This document shows positions 1 through 9,607 of a stretch of DNA of 64,000 nucleotides, in pieces. The stretch is from Heterodontus francisci. Lineage: Eukaryota. The notes under the pieces are model-generated. The model worked only from the letters and a program-made list of their open reading frames with translations, had not been told where the DNA came from and searched no databases. The translations under genes were made by a program, and so were the position numbers. Every line of letters starts with the position of its first letter. Position 1 is the stretch's first letter. Where the stretch lies: positions 10,602,856-10,666,855 of the forward strand of contig NC_090418.1 in NCBI RefSeq assembly GCF_036365525.1. Direction: 5' to 3'.

Positions 1-85
1 TTAGTCCTACTGGCCTTATTTACTATGTCCTCCTCATTTACTTCACTAGCTGTCCTACTGCTCTGGTTCCCACCCCCCTGCCACA

Positions 86-1006
86 CTAGTTTAAACCCGC
101 CCGAGTGACGCTAGCAAACCCTGCAGCCAGGATATTTGTGCCCCTCCAGTTTAGATGCAACCCGTCCTTCTTGTACAGGTCCCATCTGTCCCTGAAGAGA
201 GCCCAATGGTCCAGATATCTGAAACCCTCCCTTCTACACCAGCTGCTCAGCCACGTGTTTAGCTGCACTATCTTCCTATTTCTAGCCTCACTGGCACGTG
301 GCACAGGGAGTAATCCAGAGATTACAACCCTAGAGGTCCTGTTTTTTAACTTACTACCTAACTCCCTAAACTCCCCCTGCAGGACCTCATCACTCTTCCT
401 GCCTATGTCATTGGTACTGATGTGTACCACAACCTCTGGCTGTTCACCCTCCCCCTTCAGAATGCCCTCTGTCCTTTCAGAGACATCCTTGACCCTGGCA
501 CCAGGGAGGCAACATACCTTCCTGGAGTCTCTTTCACGTCCACAGAAGTGCCTATCTGTGCCCCTGACTATAGAGTCCCCTATAACTATTGCTCTTCTGT
601 GCTTTGTCCCTCCCTGCTGAACAACAGTGCCAGCCGTGGTGCCACTGCTCTGGCTGCTGCTGTTTTCCCGATAGGCCATCCCCCCAACAGTATCCAAAAC
701 GGTATACTTGTTAGAGAGGGGGATAGCCACAGGGGATTCCTGCACTGACTGCCTACCCTTTCTAGCAGTCACCCATCTATCTGCCTGCACCTTGGGTGTA
801 ACCACTTCTCTAAAACTCCTGTCAATGACGCTTTCCGCCACCTGCATGCTCCTAAGTGCATCCAGTTGCTGCTCCAACCGATCCATGCGGTCTGTGAGGA
901 GCTGCAACTGGGTGCACTTCCTGCAGATGTAGTCGCCCGGAACGCTGGAAATGTCACGGACTTCCCACAACTCACAGGTGAAGCACTTCACCCCTCTAAC
1001 TGACAT
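86..1006 (-). mobile_element. CR1-type LINE ORF1 (zinc finger/leucine zipper + SGNH/GDSL esterase domain); ORF2 would lie beyond the left window edge
   Basis: Open frame from the ATG at 1006 (MSVRGVKCFTC...YICRKC, heptad LQLLTDRMDRLEQQL). Esterase motifs AIVIGDSIVRG, VVVHISTND and DGLHLN; ends GLN-stop. This architecture is typical of CR1 ORF1p. Confidence 0.9.
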
Positions 1007-1044
1007 TTCTAGCACTAATTAGTTAATTGATATAAAATAAGGTG

Positions 1045-1108
1045 AGAGAGGGGAGAGAGGGGAGAGAGGGGAGAGAGGGGAGAGAGGGGAGAGAGGGGAG
1101 AGAGGGGA
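1045..1108. repeat. 9-bp purine-only tandem repeat (AGAGAGGGG) x ~7
   Basis: Seen directly; it produces the REG and LPS repeats in the ORF track. Confidence 0.9.
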
Positions 1109-1219
1109 GCCCCCCCCCTCCGCTAACGGAGATGACAAGCTTATTCTTGTCCATGATTGGACGAGCCTCACTCCATTCAGAAGCAGGATTCAAGTCTGGG
1201 TTGGGCTCAAACTTCACGC

Positions 1220-1335
1220 AGAAACAGGAGGCCATTCAGCCCCTCGAACCTGTTCCGCCATTCGGTCAGATTGTGGCCGATCTGTATCTCAACTCCATAA
1301 CCCTGGGTTCCGCAAGCCTTAATCCCCTCGCCGAA
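1220..1335 (-). mobile_element. CR1-like LINE 3' tail fragment
   Basis: ggaggccattcagcccctcgaacctgttcc is the reverse complement of the CR1 3' stem-loop region (gaggggctgaatggcctcc), which also occurs on + near 6950. Confidence 0.55.
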
Positions 1336-1354
1336 CAAAAAAAAAAAAAATCCC

Positions 1355-1900
1355 CCTGGGCAATTTTCCACATTTGTCAGGTAGAGGCCAGTGTTGTAGC
1401 TGTACTGGAACAGCTTAGCCAGAAGCACAGCTAGTTTTGGAACGCAAGTCTTCAGCACCACAGCCTGAACGTTGTCAGGGCCTTTGCTATCAATCGGAGT
1501 GAATCGAATTGGCTGAAGACAGGCCTCTGTGAAGCTGGGGACTTCAGGAGGAGGCTGAGACGGATCATCTGATCATCACCTGGCTAAAAATGGTTGCAAA
1601 TGCTTCAGTCTTGTCTTTTCACACTGATGTGCTGGGCTCCCCCATCATCGAGGATGGGGGGGGGGGGAAATGTTTGTGGAGCCACCTCCCCTGGATTAAT
1701 TGTCCACCACCGTTCACGACTGGATGGGGCCGCACTCCAGAGCTTTGATCTGACCCGTTGGTTGTGGGACCGCTTAGCTCTGTCTATTGCATGCTGCTTA
1801 CGCTGTTTGGCACGCAGATAGTCCTGTGTTGTAGCTTCACCAGGTTGGCACCTCATTACAAAGCATGCCTGGTGCTGCTCCTGGCATGCCCTCCTACACT
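1355..1900 (-). mobile_element. Decayed fragment of the CR1/L2-group LINE family also present at 21922-24770
   Basis: Peptides VLKTCVPKLAVLLAKLFQYSYNTG and MRCQPGEATTQDYL match the spacer LINE. Confidence 0.8.
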
Positions 1901-2254
1901 CCTCAGAGCAACTTCCCGCGACACCAGTCTGAACATTGGCAAGAGTGGCAAGGGACCGAGGCTATCGTTTCTTTGTGTCAGAGCGCTGGGTATATATTTC
2001 CTATATTGTCAACACATTGCTGGGAAAAACAAAGGAAATCTTGGGAAAGATCCAGCAGGGCGTCATCGTGGGAAAGGAGCTGTTACAAACAGTTTTGGCA
2101 GCATGCAGGCAGTTTGGGCAGTGTATATACACACACACAAAAACAAGACTCAAGCCAGTTTGCCCCCTCTTGCTGTTTCTCAACTGCACTGCGAGATACA
2201 GGAGGACTCCACAGGGACGCAAGAAAGCAGCTGACTGTACAGTAAAGGGCTCAC

Positions 2255-2600
2255 TCGTTTATACAGCAGTTTTCACGCCTCCAGGACGCCCTTTCGGACT
2301 TTACAGCCGATGAAGTACTTTCGTTTTGAAGTGTAGTCCCTGCTGTAATGTAGGAAGCGCGGCAGATAATTGGCGCACAGCAAGATCCCACGCCCACTGA
2401 TGAGACAACCAGATTATCTGTTTTTTCAGCTGTGTTTGGGGGATGGGGTGGGTGGGCGGAGTAAATATTGTACCAGGGTCATCAGAGGGGGTCTCCCCTA
2501 CTCTTGTGAAATAGTGGCCATGGGATCTTTCACTTCAACGGTGCCTCGCTTTGACGTGCCAGCCGAGAGACAGCACCTCCGACAGTGCAGGACCTACGCC
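2255..2600 (-). mobile_element. DeuSINE/SacSINE1-like SINE remnant
   Basis: Contains ttgaagtgtagtc..tgtaatgtagg..gcacagcaagatcccac..gccatgggatcttt, shared with copies at 3950-4310, 5880-6320 and 61515-61692. Family name is from recalled similarity. Confidence 0.6.
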
Positions 2601-3149
2601 CCCCACCCCTGAGGTGAGAGGAAGATGTACTATCCTGCGACCAACCCCCCCTTGGTGATAAAGCGAACCGTGAAATGTTTCCGGGGGCCTTTTCCTCTCG
2701 AAGGCACTGACACTGTGCTGGGATACAGACCAGGATATCAGGTACGTCGGCCAGGTGACCAGCCGTGAGCCCACAACAAGCACAGGCTATTCGACCACAG
2801 GGTCGTCACAACCAAGAATTAGCACCCCTCCATCCCCCCCCTTACCTAGAGCCCAATCAGGATGAGGACACTGGTGTCTATACTGCGCCCTACCATCATG
2901 TGACCCTGGTTAGGGGTAGGGGTGATGCCGAGGGTTTAGTCACACACTACACTTGTAAAATCCATAAGCAACAAAGTTCAGTTCAACACCGGTGATGTTT
3001 CTATTCAGAGAGAGACACCTCCTACTAGACCTGACTGCTCAGACAGGCAGTGGGCGCAGGTCCGATGAAATCCTTTCAAATGCACTTGAAACAATATGGA
3101 GCCCTTTAAGAAACAAGGGACATTGCACTGGGGATCTCTGAATGCGTGA

Positions 3150-3618
3150 CTTATTCTGTGTCTAACTCCATGCTGTACCTGCCCTGCATGTGTTTGATGG
3201 GACAGTGTAGAGGGAGCTTTACTCTGTATCTAACCCCGTGCTGTACCCGTTCTGGGAGTGTTTGATGGGGACAGTGCAGAGGGAGCTTTACTCTGTATCT
3301 AACCCCTGTGCTGTACCTGTCCTGGGAGTGTTTGATGGGGACAGTGCAGAGGGAGCTTTACTCTGTATCTAACCCCTGTGCTGTACCTGTCCTGGGAGCA
3401 TTTGATGGGACAGTGCAGAGGGAGCTTTACTCTGTATCTAACCCCTGTGCTGTACCTGTCCTGGGAGCATTTGATGGGACAGTGCAGAGGGAGCTTTACT
3501 CTGTATCTAACCCCTGTGCTGTACCTGTCCTGGGAGCATTTGATGGGACAGTGCAGAGGGAGCTTTACTCTGTATCTAACCCCAGGCTGTACCTGCCCTG
3601 GGAGTGTTTGATGGGGCA
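3150..3618. repeat. 69-70 bp minisatellite, ~6.5 copies
   Basis: Unit ctgtacctgtcctgggag(t/c)(g/a)tttgatgggacagtgcagagggagctttactctgtatctaacccctgtg; unit starts at 3173, 3241, 3311, 3381, 3450, 3519 and 3587. Confidence 0.95.
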
Positions 3619-3949
3619 CAGCATTCCTTTATCCGAGGAGGAGCAGGTTCACTCACAGTTGCTGTTGGGAACAATCTCACAGCTGCTCAACGTCAGACAC
3701 TGTCCTTGGCCTCAGACAGCTGAATATTTGAAGCTCTCACACCCAGTAACCTTGACAGGCCTCTCACTGCTGCCGGGGAGGGAACAGGGCCACCGTTTGC
3801 CTGCTGACAGATATGAGGCTATCGCTGCCAGTGTGATTAGCGACACTACTTGTGCTCCAAGGAGCACAGAGGAGCAGTGGGCAGTGATTTAGAAGCTAGG
3901 GAGTCCGGAATCTGTAATCCTCTCGAATTCTTTAGGCCAGACAAAAACA

Positions 3950-4310
3950 AACAAAGAAAGGCTTGCTATTTCTATAGTGCCTTTCGTGACTACAGGATGT
4001 CCCAAAGCAATTTACAGCCAACTCAGGACTTTTTTTTTTTTGAAGTATAGTCATTGCTATAATATAGGAAACACGGCAGACAAGTTGCACACAGCAAGAT
4101 CCCACGGGTAGAAATACTGATCCGATAATCTGCATTTTTAGTAATGTTGGTCGAGAGAGATACTTATTGGCTGCAGGACAACTGAGAAAACTGTTCTTCA
4201 AACTAGCACCATGGGATCTTTTATGTTCATGCGAGAGAGCAGACAGGGATCTTGGTTTAACATCATGTCCAAAACACAGCACCTCCGACGCTGCAGCACT
4301 CCCTCCGTAC
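3950..4310 (-). mobile_element. DeuSINE/SacSINE1-like SINE remnant
   Basis: Same motifs as 2255-2600 (gcacacagcaagatcccac, ccatgggatctttt, ggtttaacatcat, cagcacctccgac). Confidence 0.6.
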
Positions 4311-4699
4311 TGGGTGGTCAACAGGCCTTTTGTTCCTAAGCCGATTAACAGGTCGCTGACCATGGGAGAGGCTGGATAACAAGGATGAGAATGCAGAGGC
4401 AAACTCAACGACCTGGTAAAATCCACTCCTCGGAGAATCAGGTACAGCTGCCGTGTTAGTGAGATCCTGGAAAAAACACCACAAAACTTCACCTTATCCT
4501 CAGCGACTTCCTCGCTGTTTCCCACCTGTCCCTCAGGAGCTGTTTCATTCTCTGGAGTTTTAACACACCCTACCCCAACAGGGGCTGGCGTCAGAGACTC
4601 TAGCCTGGTAGAATTTGTCCACACTCACTGCACCTTGCATTGGTACATGGACTTCAACTTCATAAAATGACCCAAAATTTGATACTGGGCCCCATATTA

Positions 4700-5110
4700 G
4701 GACAAAGGGCCACAAGCTCGGTCAAAGGTCAGTTTTAAACGAGCGTCTTAAAAAAAGAGAGGCGGAGAGCATTTAGGGAGGGAATTCCAGAGCTTGGGGC
4801 CCCAGGCAGCTGAAGGCACGGCAGCCAATGGGAAATCGGGGGATGTTCAAGAGGCCGGAATTGGGAGGAGTGCAGAGATCTCAGAGGGTTGTAGGAGTAC
4901 AGAGAATGGTGGGGGGGGGGGGGGGGGGTGGGGGGGTGAGACAATGGATGGATTTGAAAATGAGGGTGAGAATTTAAAGGAAGAAAAAAAAGTGTTGCCA
5001 CATGAGCAGCCCCTGTTGGTCAGTGACCACAGGAGTGATAAATGAACGGGGAGGTGGCACGAGTTGGGATACAAGGTAACAGAGCTTTGGATGAGCCCAA
5101 GTTTATTAAG
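4700..5110 (-). mobile_element. L2-like LINE 3' fragment
   Basis: ttaaacgagcgtcttaaa...agggagggaattccagagcttggggcccaggcagctgaaggcacgg; related decayed copies lie at about 7410-7650, 8610-8890 and 15400-15700. Confidence 0.55.
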
Positions 5111-5879
5111 AGATGAAGAGCTCTTCAAGGACCTGAGCTCCTTCCCGATCCTACCTCGATGGGACAAGAGTCACTTACTTGGACTGAGTTCAGACGAGTC
5201 CAGCACCAGTTTTTGGGGTGAGCAGATCCTCCCATGTACGGTTGCACCAAGCAAGTGTTGCCAACTCTAGTGAAGGCATGGTGTGCGCCAACTTTGAATG
5301 TTGTGTTGACCTGATCAGAGTTTGGGGCCCCTGTCCTTAAGTCTTCTCATGCTGATTTGCAAGATATTCAGAGAATTGTGGAGGGGGGGAAAAAAAAAAA
5401 AAAAAAAGCACTGTGCAGAGGGGAACTGAAACATGGCAGAGGGGTACAGACTGAAAAAAGGGCCAGAGGAACTTTGATTTCCCTAGTAATGAATAGCAAT
5501 GTATTGTACCAGCACTTAATACTGAAAAGCTCAAATTCACCCTCATAACCAATGATAAATAACCATTGCATTACTGTACAGAAACAGGCCATTTGACCCA
5601 TCTTCTCCCACCCCATTAAATCCTCTTCCTTTCACTCATATCAGGTTTCTCTTTAAATGAGAGTCTTCGATCCTGTTGTAGGATCACGGTCCCGCTATGC
5701 TCCCTGTAACCAGTGGTAACCCCATAACCCACTGATTCTCCCAGCAACTCCAGTCATAACATCCCTGCACTGCAGTAAGAGTGATCCTTAGTCAATCCCA
5801 CTTTTAAACAGCACCTCCTTGGACTCTGCTCTGTTGTGAAGATGACAACTCCGAACTGGAGCCCCAAGGTCACAGCTCA

Positions 5880-6320
5880 GAAAGTAAAAAAGAATTTGTA
5901 TAGCGCCTTTTCCAAACACTGGACACTTTGAAAGCACTTTACAACCAATGAAGAACTTTTTGGAAGTGTAAGTCACTTGTAATGTAGGAGATACGATAGA
6001 CAATTTGTGCACAGCCAGCTCCCACAAACAATGTGATAATGACCCAGATCATCTTTTTTTTGTTTTAGTGATTGTTGGCTGAGGGTTAAATATTGGCCCC
6101 AGGACATGGGGGTGGGGGGGGGGAACTCTCCCACCCCTCCTCCCCCACTCTAAGAAGTGGCCATGGGATCTTCTATAATCCACCTGAGCAGGCAGACAGG
6201 GCCTCAGTTTAACTTCCCATCTGAAAGATGGCACCTCTGACAGGGCAGTGCTCCTCACTGGCATAGGATGTGCCAACTGAGATGGTTCTGCTCAGGTCCT
6301 GGAGAGAGACTCAAGCCCAT
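5880..6320 (-). mobile_element. DeuSINE/SacSINE1-like SINE remnant
   Basis: tatagcgcctttt..gaagtgtaagtcacttgtaatgtagg..gtggccatgggatctt..ccacctgagcaggcagacagggcctcagtttaac..ctgaaagatggcacctctgacag. Confidence 0.6.
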
Positions 6321-9300
6321 AACCCTCTGATTCTGAAGACAGCATCTAGAGTGAGATCACAAAGGGCAGTGGACTCAGAGTTCAGGCCTCTTGTGCTCTG
6401 CATGATGTGCTGTGACATGAAGTCATTCAACTCCCCTACATGCATTTGCCAGTGCTGATGCACTAACTACATTCCTTCCCCCACCCCCCACCAATACTTT
6501 AATATCTCCTTTCCAAAAAATATTTATCCCATTCCTTTTTGAATGATATTCTAGTCTATACTAGAATAACTGCCTGTGGTGAAGCATTCCATGGTCCAAT
6601 AGCCCAAGAACTTTTCACCTTCCTCCCTGGTTCTTCCAGTCAGAATCCTTGATACCTAGTCATGCACCAGTTGGCTCAATATTTCATCATCTGTTCACAG
6701 TAAAGACTCTGGTTTTCACTTACCCCTTTACTAGCTATGCCAGGGCCACTCCTGCTCACCTTGTTGCTACTCCAGGTTCTGCAGCAAATGAGGTGCTCCA
6801 CCACCTCCCTATTGCCCTCGCCCCATCTTGTTTATGGACGGGAACCAGATCTTGTCCAATGGTATGAAGGGATACAGGACAAAGGTGGGTATGTGGAGTT
6901 GAGGGCACAGATCAGCCATGATCTCATTGAACTACAGAACAAGCTTGAGGGGCTGAATGGCCTCCTCCCATTGCCCTATTCCATCCAAGGGCTGCATTGG
7001 GAAACTTAAGCCTGCAGCTTACCCTGGTTAAGAGTTGGAGATCTTTGCCAGAGGAACACAACTGCATCCTTCTACCTACCACTAGAAGCTTTTGGCCTGA
7101 TGGAGACCAGCAACTTCAGGGCTTCACTACTGCTTCCATTTTCTCTGATAAAGGTACAGGTTATGGATGATACAACTTGCACTGTTTTTTGGTGCAGTGT
7201 GAAGCTGGTTCTGGGGGGGGGGGGGGGGGGGGTGTAGTGATCCCTTATTAGTACATGGCCAATGGAGTGTTGGACAGAAGTAGACTTGCATGGCCTCAAC
7301 CACACTCCCAAGACTACTTGACCAGATTTTCTATTCCCTCCTTCCACCTGCCAGGAGGCTATAACAATGCATGCCCCAAGCTCTGGAATCTCCTCCCAAA
7401 AACATGCCCCTTAAAAAAAAAACTTGCACTTACATAGCTTTTAATGACAAACATCCCAAGGAGCAAACAAAAATTTGACACCAAGTCACAGAAGGAGATT
7501 TGAGACAGGCGAGCAGAAGATTGGTCCAAGAGGCTGGTTTTAATGTGCATCTTAAGAGGGAGAGGCAGAGATTTAGAAAGGGAATTAGAGCTTAGGGAGC
7601 AACTGCCGAAGGCAGAGTGATGGGAATCGGGGGATGTAAAGACTGCCTTGAATAACCTGTTACTTAATACCTTCCTTTTGTGGCTGTCAAACTTCGCCTG
7701 CTTGCCTCTCAAAGCACCTTGGCAAGTTTAATGTATCCCTTCATGGGTTGTGGGCATCATTGGCAAGGCCAGCATTGGTCATCCATCCCTAAATGCCCTT
7801 GAACAGAATTGCTCGCTAGGCCTTTGAGGGCGGTTAAGAGTCAACCACATCGCTGAGAGTCTGGAGTCACATGTAGGCCAGACTGGGTAAGGATGGCAGA
7901 TTTCCTTCCCCAAAGGGCCATTAGTGAACCAGATGGTTTTAACCAAATTGATGGCACCATTACAGAGATTATGAAACTAGCTTCAATTCCAGATTTTTTC
8001 TTCATTCATGGAATTCAAATTCCAACACCATGGAGGGATTTGAACCCATGTCCCCAGGGCATTAGTGTGGGCCTTTGGCAAAGTCCAGCAACATCCCAAG
8101 TGTGAGAAGTATAAGTTATTTACAGTTAGAGACCAATCTTGTTCCTTTACTCTATGCAAAGGTAAAGGAAACAATATCCCTGGTCACTTAATCTTTTCTG
8201 TCCATCACTGATGTGCATCCTTGGCCTTTACACGTCCTTCAAAGCGGTGTACCCTTTACCATTTGAACTGGCCAAATGTAACTATGATGCTATTACTTTT
8301 AAACAATGATCAGTCAGCAAGCAAGGTACACTACCAACATCTATTGACAGTGCTCTGCTACTGCAGTTGAGGGGAGATATTTACTCAAAAAAGGAGAATG
8401 CATTCTCTGCACTGATTCTGAGAACTTGGTGATTTTGCCCCTTGCAGCCTCACTTAATTCAGTTTTACACCCACTAGGTGCTGTGTTACAATACAATTAG
8501 GCAAGTACAGATCATTTGTACTTGATCAGCATAGCAGGTAGTTTACCAGAATTTCTATTTAAGCACTTGTAAAGTGAAAGGAGTGTTTGAAGAAAAAAAA
8601 AAGTTAATTACATAAGATATCAGGACAGGTAACCAAGAGCTTGTTTGAAGAGACTTTAAAAAAAAAGGAATGGGAGTGTTGTGCCCAGGCAGCTGAAAAG
8701 CATGTTCAATGGTGAAGCAATTAACTCAAGGACATGCATGTGGTCAGAAGCAGGGTGTGGAGGGCTGGAGAAGGTGGAGTTAGGGAGGGGCAAAGGCCAC
8801 AGTGAGATTTAAACAGGAGAATTTTAAATTCAAGTGTTGCTACAACAGGAGCCAAATGTAGGTCAGCAAGGGGGGGTTATGGGTGAATATGGGACAGCTC
8901 AGGGCAAAATAGTGTAAACACTATAGACACCCCCCTACAGAGAGAGAATTTAAAAAATTGTAAGTGATTGAATCAAGCTAGTACTGAAATCAATACTAGG
9001 ATTAGGAGATACCCTCCAAGCACTTCTCACTGGAAAAAGCCATTTCTTGACTGCACTGATTTTGTATCACCACAAATTGAGGGCACTCCATACAAAAAAG
9101 AAACAAAATAGGTTTAAAGTGGATAATATGGCCAAGAGGAAATGGCCCATGTACACCCTATGTCAAGTTCACACTAAAGCTAGATCGAAGTTACTACAGT
9201 AAACAGAACTAGAAGCTCAAATGGGAAATTCAGTGCTGAAAAGACACATTCTAGCCTTTCCATCCCAAAAAAAAAAAGTCAGCAGCATAAAAGTAGTGGG

Positions 9301-9596
9301 AAAGTAGAGAATGGCAACCAGCTGCAAACATTTGAGGCAGGTGACAAAGCCTGGAAAGGTTGGGAAAATGGGAAGAATCCTGCAGTGACAGCAGCTGCCC
9401 TGCAGAGGGTAGCATTGCTTAGCCAGTTAGAAAGTACATAGATGTTTCATGGACAAACATACAACCAACAGATCTGCAGTCAAGGCTAACAGTCATTGAA
9501 GACAGGACTCAAATACCAGGCAACATGGAAAGACTGCTTACTTCACTATTTAGACTCAATAGACAGTTACCAGCGAACGTTGAGTACTAGGTCAGG

Positions 9597-9602
9597 TTTA
9601 TT
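9597..9602 (-). terminator. Polyadenylation signal of ZP3 copy 1
   Basis: AATAAA 5 nt after the TAG stop. Confidence 0.75.
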
Positions 9603-9607
9603 GCTAA

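Noticed and set aside
1023-1434. REG- and LPS-repeat ORFs
   Set aside because: Translation of a 9-bp microsatellite plus LINE fragments.
3150-3618. CRISPR-like regular repeat
   Set aside because: Head-to-tail units with no unique spacers, in a vertebrate context.
3299-3892. Repetitive ORFs on both strands
   Set aside because: By-product of a 69-bp unit divisible by three.
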